From the NCBI GenBank assembly GCA_017962125.1, contig JAGCVZ010000002.1, forward strand, positions 4,492 to 68,491: a DNA stretch of 64,000 nt. Direction: 5' to 3'. The notes beneath the pieces were generated by a model that saw only the letters and a program-made list of their open reading frames with translations, was not told where the DNA came from and did not search any database. Shown here piece by piece: positions 18,788 through 27,143 of the stretch. The position numbers were made by a program, and so were the translations under genes. Source of the stretch: Alphaproteobacteria bacterium. GTDB lineage: Bacteria; Pseudomonadota; Alphaproteobacteria; Rs-D84. Positions within the stretch are counted from its first letter, which is position 1; each line of letters starts with the position of its first letter.

Positions 18788-18839
18788 GGTTCGAAAGTGT
18801 TGATAGAGAGATAATTTTTCTAAAAATTACTTTTGAACT
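18788..18839. repeat. att-like palindrome
   Basis: GGTTCGAAAGT-N30-ACTTTTGAACT; flanking sequence similar to the 16392 copy. Confidence 0.85.
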
Positions 18840-18892
18840 TACCAAAGTCTTATGTTTTTGCTTTCTGGAATGCGCACGAGACCTTGATAAAA

Positions 18893-19138
18893 TTATTTCC
18901 AAAAATGTCTTTTTGCGAATGCGTATCCGGAACCTGTTTTAAGGTATTGTTCAAATTCCAATGCGGCGTCTTTGGAACTAAATGCAAAATAATTTACTAA
19001 TTCCCAAGGTTTATATTTTGCTGTATGTATTGAATATCCTGCATTATGTTGCTTTAATCGTCGTTTCAAATCATCAGTTTGCCCGATGTATTTTTGTTCT
19101 GGATGGGAAATACTTTTTATAAGATAGACGTAAAACAT
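18893..19138 (-). CDS. Small GIY-YIG nuclease family protein
   Basis: MFYVYLI...YIGQT.DLKRRL.QHN...FEQYLKTGSG; probable start at ATG 19138. Confidence 0.9.
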   Translation of the reverse strand: MFYVYLIKSISHPEQKYIGQTDDLKRRLKQHNAGYSIHTAKYKPWELVNYFAFSSKDAALEFEQYLKTGSGYAFAKRHFWK

Positions 19139-19217
19139 TTGATTCCTATTCCAGCCACACTCCGTTAAAACTATGTGTGGCGCTACTTCGCGATAACTGC
19201 TCCGTCCGTGTGGCCTG

Positions 19218-19248
19218 CCACACGAAGCGTCGCAGACGCGAAGTGTGG
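19218..19248. repeat. REP-like hairpin with GAA/GAA internal loop abutting the tRNA 3' end
   Basis: CCACAC-GAA-GCGTC-GCA-GACGC-GAA-GTGTGG. Confidence 0.65.
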
Positions 19249-19319
19249 TTGGGGCGCACGGATTCGAACCATGATAAAGAGAACCAAAATCTCTTGTCCT
19301 ACCATTAGACGACACCCCA
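19246..19319 (-). tRNA. tRNA-Gln (anticodon TTG)
   Basis: Cloverleaf: acceptor TGGGGTG/CGCCCCA, anticodon arm AGAGA-TTTTGGT-TCTCT, T-arm GGTTCGAATCC, encoded CCA. Confidence 0.96.
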
Positions 19320-19446
19320 AAAGCGGTTTTGATTATAGTCGTTTTTCGACGTTTTGCAATAATAAAATATTTTTCTTGTTTTGGACTTGATTTTTAATTA
19401 TTAAAAATTATAATGATTGTTGGTTTTAATAAAGCAGGGGGTGAAT

Positions 19447-19896
19447 ATGGCGCATAAAGAATTAGTGTCTTTGATGTGGAAAAATATATTGGCGTTTGCG
19501 AAATTGTCGGAACGTATAAATCGCAGTCAAATGTCTTTTAGTGATTATTCGCGAACACAGATGCAGTTGCTGATACGTCTGTATCTGGGGGGGCGGGTGC
19601 GCTTGAAAGATTTGGCGGCACGCGAATTTGTGCCGGCACCGAATTTATGCACGGCTTTCCGTAAGATGGAACATGATGGTTTAGTGGTGCGCGCAGTAGA
19701 TGAAAATGATCGTCGGAATACGTGGTATTCGGTCAGCGAACATGGGGTTCAGGTGGCAAATGGAATTATTGAAATGTTACACGATGCGATTGGTGCTATG
19801 TTCAAAGATATTGATAAAAAAGACGAAGAAGAATTGGTTAGGTCATTCAAATCTATGAATGAAATTCTGTCAAAAATGGAGAATAAAAATGCGTAG
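19447..19896 (+). CDS. MarR-family transcriptional regulator
   Basis: wHTH with GLVVRAVDENDRR; first gene of the efflux operon. Confidence 0.88.
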   Translation: MAHKELVSLMWKNILAFAKLSERINRSQMSFSDYSRTQMQLLIRLYLGGRVRLKDLAAREFVPAPNLCTAFRKMEHDGLVVRAVDENDRRNTWYSVSEHGVQVANGIIEMLHDAIGAMFKDIDKKDEEELVRSFKSMNEILSKMENKNA

Positions 19897-21208
19897 ATTT
19901 TTTATGTGTGTTTTCTCGCTATACGCCGGATTTTCCTGTATAGACAGTTTTGCAATGGATTTGTCATTGAATGAAGCAGTGCAAAAAATTGTCGCAGAAT
20001 CACATGATTTGAAAAAGGCAGATGCAAATGTTAAAAAGGCGCAAGCATCATTGGATGTCGCAAACGCAAGTCGGTGGTTTAATGTTGAAGGTTCTGTATC
20101 TTATATGAGCCTTATTAATGTCGAAAAACCGTTTGATTCATATAATGTGCAATTGCCACCTGAAATCGGTGGTTTAGTACCTCAACTGGCTGGGTTTGAA
20201 AGTATAGATGTTCCAGATAATATCTTTATTGCTGGGGTTACTGTGACGCAACCGATTTATACTTTTGGTAAAATTGGTAATGCGGTTGATAGCATGCGTA
20301 GCGCAATAAAGATGAGCGAATATAGCAAAGAAATGGTCTTGCGCGAGGTGCGATACAGTGCGGCAGATTTGTATTGGACCGCTAAGATGACAGATGAAAT
20401 TGTGAAAATTGCAAAAAAAAATCTAAATGATGCAGTATCTGCAAAAAAACAACTAACAGGCGCAGGGCGTGCGAATCGTGGCAATTTGGTAAAGATAGAA
20501 TCGGATATTGCAACCAAAAAAATTAATCTGTCAGATGCAGAATTTAATTGTGATACGGCGCATAGGATGTTAAAAATTTTGGCGGGAATTGATGTTGATG
20601 AACCATTAATTTTAACCGATGAATTCCCAGAATCTTTTCCAGAAATGGAAGATAAAAAATTGTCCAATACTCCAGAATGGCAGGTGTTAGACCAACAGAT
20701 AAAGATGTATGAGGCCAAGGCTTCATCTAATCGGGCGAATGGGTATCCAACACTTGCGGCGGTTGGGGCATATGACTATGTGACGATGGACAAAGATTTA
20801 AAAAATATGTTTAATAGTAATGGAGTGCAATCTGCGTATTTAGGTCTTGCGCTTAAGGTTCCGATTTTTAGTGGTGGTGTAAACAAGGCTAATGCAACGC
20901 TTGATGTAATGAGTGCCGAAGTTGTCCGCCAAGATTTGGATAAGTCGAAAAAGATTACATCCGAAAAATATACTAATGCGATAAAGCAATATAATCATTT
21001 GCGTGATAATCTTGGTGGACTTAGTAATGCTCGTAATTTGGCGGCCAAGGCGTACGGTTTTTCGCTTGATAGGTTTGCGGCGGGTCAAACTTCTGCGGTG
21101 GAATTGGCCGATGTTTCAAATGGCTTATATCAATTAGACATGGCTTTGTTAAATGCAAAGTATAAGATTTTAATGTCGGCAGAATCAATTAAAAAACTTG
21201 GTGAATAA
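19889..21208 (+). CDS. TolC-family outer membrane efflux protein
   Basis: Signal peptide, LSLNEAV, QPIYTFG, YPTL, VPIFSGG, RFAAG. Confidence 0.9.
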   Translation: MRRFFMCVFSLYAGFSCIDSFAMDLSLNEAVQKIVAESHDLKKADANVKKAQASLDVANASRWFNVEGSVSYMSLINVEKPFDSYNVQLPPEIGGLVPQLAGFESIDVPDNIFIAGVTVTQPIYTFGKIGNAVDSMRSAIKMSEYSKEMVLREVRYSAADLYWTAKMTDEIVKIAKKNLNDAVSAKKQLTGAGRANRGNLVKIESDIATKKINLSDAEFNCDTAHRMLKILAGIDVDEPLILTDEFPESFPEMEDKKLSNTPEWQVLDQQIKMYEAKASSNRANGYPTLAAVGAYDYVTMDKDLKNMFNSNGVQSAYLGLALKVPIFSGGVNKANATLDVMSAEVVRQDLDKSKKITSEKYTNAIKQYNHLRDNLGGLSNARNLAAKAYGFSLDRFAAGQTSAVELADVSNGLYQLDMALLNAKYKILMSAESIKKLGE

Positions 21209-21210
21209 AT

Positions 21211-21810
21211 ATGAAAATACTTGGTAAAAATTTTGATGATAAAAAAACAAAAAAAATTGTCTATACGGCGGTTTTAGGCGTATTAGCTGTTTGGTTTATA
21301 TATCGTTTTGTTATGGTTGCGATTGAATCACGTATGGTTGTTTTTAATCCTGGGCGTGATGCAGGACAGAATGGAATTGTTGTTGATATTATTATAGCCG
21401 AGCAAAAAACAGGCATTATAAAAACTCCGCTTTCTGTTGAAAGTAATCGTGCGTATGTTTCGGGGGCGCACCGTCGTGGATTGAAAGTTGGGCAAAAAAT
21501 TGGAAATGGTAAAATTACATATGTTGGTAGTCAACTGGATTTAGATACAGGCATGTATGTTATTAAAACAAAAGATGTAGATGATGGTGTTGCTTTTGCA
21601 GAAAGTGAATGCAGTGGTTTTTTTATCCCAACCTATGCGGTGCGTGAATCAAATGTTCTGCGTGCCGAGTCGGGTGTCGCGGTTGTTGTGCCTGTAACTG
21701 TTAATACAAGTGATTCAGATTTCTCATGCGTTGTCGGTGATATACATGATGGTGATATCATAGTGTTGTCCAAGGTTGGTGCGGGTCAAAAGATAAATGT
21801 TCAAAAGTAA
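21211..21810 (+). CDS. Short membrane-fusion-protein-like periplasmic adaptor
   Basis: N-terminal TM helix, GKITYVGSQLDLDTG, IPTYAV, GDIIV; lies between tolC and the RND gene; only 199 aa. Confidence 0.6.
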   Translation: MKILGKNFDDKKTKKIVYTAVLGVLAVWFIYRFVMVAIESRMVVFNPGRDAGQNGIVVDIIIAEQKTGIIKTPLSVESNRAYVSGAHRRGLKVGQKIGNGKITYVGSQLDLDTGMYVIKTKDVDDGVAFAESECSGFFIPTYAVRESNVLRAESGVAVVVPVTVNTSDSDFSCVVGDIHDGDIIVLSKVGAGQKINVQK

Positions 21811-21822
21811 AAAGGTGGGGAT

Positions 21823-24800
21823 ATGTTAAAGTTTTTTGTTAAAAGACCGGTTACAACAGTTATGTTTGTGTTGTTGTGGGTGGTTCTTGGATTGGTCGCT
21901 TTTCCAAAGATGAATGTAGAACGCACGCCAGCATTGGATTTTCCAATGGTAACCGCAACATTTGTTTATCCGGGTGCTGCGCCAGTAGAAATAGAATCAC
22001 AAGTCATAAAAAAAGCAGAAGATGCAATTTCCCAAGTGCCGGAACTTAAAAAAATTACATCGCAAGCGTTTGAAAACGGTGGTTATGTGATGGCTGAATT
22101 TAATTTAGGTGTCAATGTCAATGACAAGGCAAGCGAAATTAAATCAAAAATTGATGCACTGGCTTCGGAGTTTCCGTCTGATTTGAAGCAGCCTGTTATT
22201 GAAAAGTTGAATCCGTTGCAGACGTCTGTTGTAGATATTGCATTGTATGGTGCGTCTTTACGTGATTTGCAAGAATATGCTGATAATACGCTTTCGAATA
22301 AAATTACATCCATAAATGGTGTAGCAAGTGTTTCAATATTTGGTGGTGAAAAGCGCGCAATACGCGTTGCGTTAAATCCGGAAACTATGGCGGCGTATGG
22401 TATAACAATCATGGATGTTGTGACCGCAATGGGGGCGAATAATATAAATGTCCCAGGTGGTAAAATAGAGATTGGTGCAGATTCTTCTAATGTTCGTTTT
22501 ATTGGTGAGTTTGAATCTGTGGATGCGATAAAAAATTTACACATAACGACCGCCGAAGGACAAAGATTTAAACTTTCTGATGTCGCGACAGTGACAGATT
22601 CTGCGCGTGATATTGATAGTGGCGCACGGTTTAATGGTTCTGATGTTGTTATTGCTTCGGTGGTAAAGGCATCTGATGGTAACGCGATAAAGGTTGCGCG
22701 TGCGCTAGATAGAAAGTTGCCGGAATTTAATGCTGATTTGTCGTCACGTTTCCCAGGGGCGCAAATGGAGATAATTTCTGATTCTTCAATTGTGATTGCA
22801 GATGAGACAACAGGAACGATATATGGAATTTTGATTGGGGTTCTGTTCACAATTTTGGTTTTGTTGGCGTTCACCGGAAATTGGCGTTCGACGATCGTTG
22901 CGGGCGTTGTGATTCCGGCATCGTTGATTGCGGGGTTGTTCTTTGTGAATGCAAGTGGTTTCACGATAAATGTTATGACGTTGCTTGCATATTCATCGGC
23001 ATTGGGGACATTGGTGTCAAACGCGATTATTCTTATCGAATCGGCGTTGCAAGAAATTCGAAACGGAAAATCCGCAGAAAGCGCTGCAGTTGATGGAACA
23101 AAAAAAGTTGCGGTTTCTGTTCTTGCGGGTGTTGGAACAAATGTTGTTGTGTTTTTGCCGTTGGCGTTTATGGGTGGAATTGCTGGTAAATTTATGACAC
23201 AGTTTGGTATGACGGTTGTGTATTTAACATTATTATCTTTGGTGTTTTCGTTTACACTTACGCCGATGATGATTGCGAAAATTCTGCGCATAACCAAAGA
23301 AAAACGTGTTTCGGCGAACGATATGAAAAAATCAGCATTTCAGAAATGGTTTGCGTATCAATATAAACATTCAGGGCGTGTGATTTTGTTTGCGTTTCTT
23401 GCGTTGGTTGCAAGTTCTATGTTGATGCGGTTCACCGGAAACGAATTTAGTCCCGCGACCGATGCAAATGAAATAAATATCACCGCGCGTGCGCCGATGG
23501 GGGCGACATATGAAAAGTCACAATCTATTGCAAAAGATATTGAAAAAGTTTTATCCGGGTTTGATGAAGTAAAATCGACATCGGTAAAAATTGGTGAACG
23601 CGGGTTGCAAAATATCGCAGTTAAAATTAAATTGGTTGATAAAGGTAAACGCCGGCACAGCGATAAAGAAATCGCGCGTCAGATGTTGCCAAAACTTTCC
23701 GTGATTCCAGATGCAGAAATTCAAATACGCGCAGGTGAGGGCGTGTCTTCGTCAATTTCATCTGATATTGTTTTGAATATATATGGTGATGATGATGCAA
23801 AAAGACAAGAGTATGCAACACGCGCATTAAATGCGATAAATAATATTTCCGAAGTTCAAACCGCAGTTTTTGCTCAGCAGGTGCCAGGTAATGAAATAAA
23901 ATTTATTCCGAATGCGGAACAAATGGATTTTTGGGGAATAAAAAATTCTTATGCTGGGGCAGCGCTAAGAACCGCGCTTTATGGGAATGATGTGTACAAG
24001 TATAAAGAAAATGGCGAAGAGTACCCGATTATTTTGGAATTCGCGCGCCCGTTCAAAAATCCAAAAATGTTTGAAAATGTTTTGGTAAATTCGCAAAAGG
24101 GTATGGTTGCGCTGTCGCAAATCGGGGCGATAAAAACTGAATCTGCAACACCTAACATTTACCGTTTGGATAAAAGTCGTATTACTGAAATCGATATCAA
24201 TATAGGAAAGTCAACCAGTGGTCCCGTGCAATCAAAAATTGTGTCGGAATTAGATAAGTTCGATTGGGCGCCGGGCTATGGTTATTCGTTTGGTGGTATG
24301 GCAGAAATCCAAGGTGAAACAACCGGCGAAATTGGAACGGCATTTATGCTTGCCACGGTTTTGACGTTTATGTTGTTGGCGGCGATTTTGAATTCTTTGA
24401 TTCATCCGCTGACCATTGCGACATCTATTATTACAAGTTTTGCGGGCGTGTTTATATTGCTGTTCTTGTCTGGTGCATCAACGAATGTTGGTGCGATGCT
24501 TGCGTTTGTTATGCTGGTTGGGTTGGTGGTGAACAATAACATTTTGGTGTTGGAACCAACGGTGCAAAGAATCGCGCGCGGTGAAAATCCAAAGGCCGCG
24601 TTGTGGGACGAACTTAACGCGAAAAAGAATATGGTGCTTATGACATCTATTGCGGTTATGGCGGGTATGTTGCCGCAACTGTGGAGTGCCGATGGTATGA
24701 AACGCGCTATGGCGGCGGTTATGATTGGTGGTATGCTGGCATCGCTGATATGGACATTTACTTTGACACCGGCGTTGTTCTTTGCGATGGAAAGATTCCG

Positions 24801-24825
24801 CCAAAGATTAAAAGGGAAGAAATAA
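21823..24825 (+). CDS. RND (AcrB/AcrD/AcrF family) transporter
   Basis: FVKRPV, YPGAAP.EIE, VFLPLAFMGGIAG, TLTPMM, 1000 aa. Confidence 0.93.
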   Translation: MLKFFVKRPVTTVMFVLLWVVLGLVAFPKMNVERTPALDFPMVTATFVYPGAAPVEIESQVIKKAEDAISQVPELKKITSQAFENGGYVMAEFNLGVNVNDKASEIKSKIDALASEFPSDLKQPVIEKLNPLQTSVVDIALYGASLRDLQEYADNTLSNKITSINGVASVSIFGGEKRAIRVALNPETMAAYGITIMDVVTAMGANNINVPGGKIEIGADSSNVRFIGEFESVDAIKNLHITTAEGQRFKLSDVATVTDSARDIDSGARFNGSDVVIASVVKASDGNAIKVARALDRKLPEFNADLSSRFPGAQMEIISDSSIVIADETTGTIYGILIGVLFTILVLLAFTGNWRSTIVAGVVIPASLIAGLFFVNASGFTINVMTLLAYSSALGTLVSNAIILIESALQEIRNGKSAESAAVDGTKKVAVSVLAGVGTNVVVFLPLAFMGGIAGKFMTQFGMTVVYLTLLSLVFSFTLTPMMIAKILRITKEKRVSANDMKKSAFQKWFAYQYKHSGRVILFAFLALVASSMLMRFTGNEFSPATDANEINITARAPMGATYEKSQSIAKDIEKVLSGFDEVKSTSVKIGERGLQNIAVKIKLVDKGKRRHSDKEIARQMLPKLSVIPDAEIQIRAGEGVSSSISSDIVLNIYGDDDAKRQEYATRALNAINNISEVQTAVFAQQVPGNEIKFIPNAEQMDFWGIKNSYAGAALRTALYGNDVYKYKENGEEYPIILEFARPFKNPKMFENVLVNSQKGMVALSQIGAIKTESATPNIYRLDKSRITEIDINIGKSTSGPVQSKIVSELDKFDWAPGYGYSFGGMAEIQGETTGEIGTAFMLATVLTFMLLAAILNSLIHPLTIATSIITSFAGVFILLFLSGASTNVGAMLAFVMLVGLVVNNNILVLEPTVQRIARGENPKAALWDELNAKKNMVLMTSIAVMAGMLPQLWSADGMKRAMAAVMIGGMLASLIWTFTLTPALFFAMERFRQRLKGKK

Positions 24826-24826
24826 C

Positions 24827-25279
24827 ATGACACAAGAAATTCGATTTTGTAAGCCCGAAGGTGAGTATTGGTTCTTAAGTCCGTTGGCGGCGTTTCCAAT
24901 AAAGATGTCCGTGGATGGTAAAGATTTTACTTTTCCAACGGTGGAACATTATTACCAGGCGATGAAGTTTTATGTACGTGATCCGCGTTTTCACTTTGTT
25001 TTGAATCAGAAAGACCCCGATGCGGCGCGGCTTTTAACAAAGGAACCAGAATATAGAGAAGGACGCAGGAAAAATTTTGACCAGCGAAAATATATTATTA
25101 TGGAAAATGCATTGCGTGCAAAGTTCGCGCAAAACCCCGATGCGGCGAAATTGTTAAAATCTACGGGTGATGCGATATTAATAAAATCATGTCCGGTGTG
25201 TTATAAATGTGGGTTTGGTGAAGGCTCGGGATACAATCGTATTGGAAAAGTATTGATGCAAATTCGGTCTGAGTTGTAA
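24827..25279 (+). CDS. NADAR (YbiA-like) family protein
   Basis: FPTVEHYYQAMKF, AKFAQNP, LLKSTGD, N.IGKVLMQIR. Confidence 0.85.
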   Translation: MTQEIRFCKPEGEYWFLSPLAAFPIKMSVDGKDFTFPTVEHYYQAMKFYVRDPRFHFVLNQKDPDAARLLTKEPEYREGRRKNFDQRKYIIMENALRAKFAQNPDAAKLLKSTGDAILIKSCPVCYKCGFGEGSGYNRIGKVLMQIRSEL

Positions 25280-25356
25280 AAGTAAATTTGTTTTTTATTT
25301 GCTATATCATTTTTCGTTATTATAATTCGATGAATTTTAGATAAAGGTGTTAATTC

Positions 25357-25953
25357 ATGTTAAAACCTGTGGATGTTGTTTTGTTTGACTTTGATGGAAC
25401 GTTGTCGTGGCCGGATTCGAATTTCGCGTTTGGACGTTATTGTTTTCTGCACAGTTTGCGACCATGGCTGTTTTTGCCATTGATTGGTGTGTGTTATGTT
25501 GCGCGCTTTTTCAATAGTGGCGGTATGTGGTGGCGGCAAAATATGCGTCGCTTTATAACCGCCGACATGGTCAAAAAATTTGTTCCGGACTTTGTGCGCG
25601 AACATACACGGAATCGCTTTGGTTGGGCGGCGGAGCAAATCGCGAATGAACGCGCGCGTGGAAACAAGGTTTTACTGATTACCGCATCACCGGATTACTT
25701 GGTGGATAAATTGGTGCGCGATTTACCGTTTGATGCGGTGATTTGTTCCAAGATGGACTCGCGGACCCCTTGGAAATATGAATCTTTGTGCTGGGGGAAT
25801 AATAAGGTTATTGCGATGGACGAATGGGCCAAGGCGCATAAATATATCCCGCATGTTGTGCGCGCATATTCAGACAGTAAATCCGATTTGCCGATGATGA
25901 CCATCGCCGACGAACAAGTATGGATAAATCCCAAGACAGGGTTGAGAAAATAA
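25357..25953 (+). CDS. HAD-IB family hydrolase
   Basis: FDFDGT, TASP, YSDSKSDLPM. Confidence 0.88.
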   Translation: MLKPVDVVLFDFDGTLSWPDSNFAFGRYCFLHSLRPWLFLPLIGVCYVARFFNSGGMWWRQNMRRFITADMVKKFVPDFVREHTRNRFGWAAEQIANERARGNKVLLITASPDYLVDKLVRDLPFDAVICSKMDSRTPWKYESLCWGNNKVIAMDEWAKAHKYIPHVVRAYSDSKSDLPMMTIADEQVWINPKTGLRK

Positions 25954-25957
25954 CAAC

Positions 25958-26091
25958 CCCCGCCCTTGCGGCGGGGTCGCAGAGTGCGAAGCACGATGCG
26001 GGGGTGGGTAAAAACACATAAAAACATAAACCCGCCCCCGACTCGACTATCACTATCGTTCTGTCTTGTCGACCCCGCCGCAAGGGCGGGG
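25958..26091. repeat. REPIN-like element: two inverted 22-bp GC-rich palindromic units
   Basis: CCCCGCCCTTGCGGCGGGGTCG (25958-25979) and exact reverse complement (26070-26091). Confidence 0.85.
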
Positions 26092-26130
26092 TAGGGGTAA
26101 AAATAAAATATGTTTCTTTTTTTATTACCC

Positions 26131-26188
26131 CCACCTCGTCGCCGTTCGGCGCCACTCCTCCGGAGGAGGAGAACTTTTCTTTCTGGAA
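26131..26188. repeat. 58-bp REP-like direct repeat, copy 1
   Basis: 54/58 identical to 27875-27932 by manual alignment. Confidence 0.9.
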
Positions 26189-26229
26189 ATTTTTTATTTT
26201 GAATAAAGTCAAATATGTGATAAAATGTG

Positions 26230-26405
26230 CACGACGTGGCGGGTTGCCATGTCTGGGCATAGAAACCCATGTCAAGCGTCCCTGTTTTTTATGGGACGAT
26301 AAAGAAAACTCCCAACCGTGGGTTGGGGTGTTGCGAATATGTTGAATAAGCGACGCAATTCTTGACATTGTTTCTAAGCCCCAATCCACACCGTGGCGTT
26401 TGTCA
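26230..26405 (+). ncRNA. Structured ncRNA candidate, probably 6S RNA (ssrS-like)
   Basis: TAAAAT -10 box at 26221; long-range pairs GGGC/GCCC, TAGAAAC/GTTTCTA, ATGTCAAG/CTTGACAT; branched apical hairpins. Confidence 0.5.
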
Positions 26406-26431
26406 TTGTGTGATTCCAAAAGCAGGGGAAA

Positions 26432-26728
26432 ATGAAACATTATATTTTGATTTTTTTAATTCTATTTTCGCCGGTGGTACGGGCGGATGATACTGGTGTT
26501 ATGGACGCGGATATGGCGCGGCAAATGGAACTTTCGAAATTGAAACGTGAAGTAAGTGAACTTGAAATCAAACTTTCCGAATGCAAACGAAAGAATAAAA
26601 ATTGGCGCACAGCGACATGGATTGGTGCGGCGGGAACCGTTGCAACCGGTACCGCGGCGATAGTGCAGGGTGTAAAACTAAATAACCTAAAAAAAGAAAA
26701 AGCGAACGCAAAACAAAATGAAAAATAA
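26432..26728 (+). CDS. Small secreted coiled-coil/glycine-zipper protein
   Basis: Signal peptide, coiled coil, WRTATWIGAAGTVATG. Confidence 0.7.
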   Translation: MKHYILIFLILFSPVVRADDTGVMDADMARQMELSKLKREVSELEIKLSECKRKNKNWRTATWIGAAGTVATGTAAIVQGVKLNNLKKEKANAKQNEK

Positions 26729-27110
26729 AATTGCAATTTTAATTGGAATGTTTGCGTGCTGTGGCGCGATTGCAGAAACGGACTATATTGATATGCAAAT
26801 TCGTGAATTGCAACAACGTCGCGACGCATTACAGGCGGAATTAGGCGCGTGCGAAGAAAACACACGTAAATTCAAAATCGCCGGTGTTGCAACACTTGGG
26901 GCGACGGGTGTTGGTGTGGTTGGAAACATCGCATTGCATAACGAAATTAAAAAAATCGAACAATCCAAAAATGGTGGTGGGTATAGCGGCGGTGCTGTGG
27001 GTGGTGTTCAGATGGATACGCAATCAGACGAACAGAAAATGGATGCGATGTGTGTAAAACTTTGTAAAGAATTTCCTGATGAAGCTGCTGAAGATGAGTG
27101 TGAATGCTAA
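26718..27110 (+). CDS. Small secreted coiled-coil/glycine-zipper protein (paralog)
   Basis: Signal peptide, coiled coil, FKIAGVATLGATGVGVVG, C-terminal cysteines. Confidence 0.7.
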   Translation: MKNKIAILIGMFACCGAIAETDYIDMQIRELQQRRDALQAELGACEENTRKFKIAGVATLGATGVGVVGNIALHNEIKKIEQSKNGGGYSGGAVGGVQMDTQSDEQKMDAMCVKLCKEFPDEAAEDECEC

Positions 27111-27143
27111 TTGAGAAACAACAAAAAACAAAAGGAGAAAAAA

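Larger units (their letters stand above)
14380..19251. mobile_element. Tandem array of about five single-gene cassettes at the tRNA-Gln 3' end
   Basis: Recurrent junction (palindrome, hairpin, TGGTTR core) with cores at 14864, 16499, 17100, 17805 and the tRNA itself at 19246; degenerate copy near 14380. Confidence 0.75.

Noticed and set aside
14380-18840. CRISPR array
   Set aside because: Repeats are separated by 0.5-1.6 kb gene-containing units rather than ~30-40 bp spacers; no cas genes.
14380-18840. Classical integron with attC sites
   Set aside because: No consistent RYYYAAC...GTTRRRY ends and no intI. The only tyrosine recombinase in the window is housekeeping-type xerD about 44 kb away.
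19139-19315. N-terminal extension of the GIY-YIG ORF (140 aa in the ORF track)
   Set aside because: The extension runs through the tRNA-Gln gene and the hairpins; homology begins at MFYVY (19138).
22083-23297. 404-aa antisense ORF
   Set aside because: Shadow frame of the RND gene with no recognisable motifs.
25695-26440. 191- and 210-aa minus-strand ORFs
   Set aside because: They span GC-rich REP-like repeats, the ncRNA candidate and the HAD gene antisense; probably open by chance.
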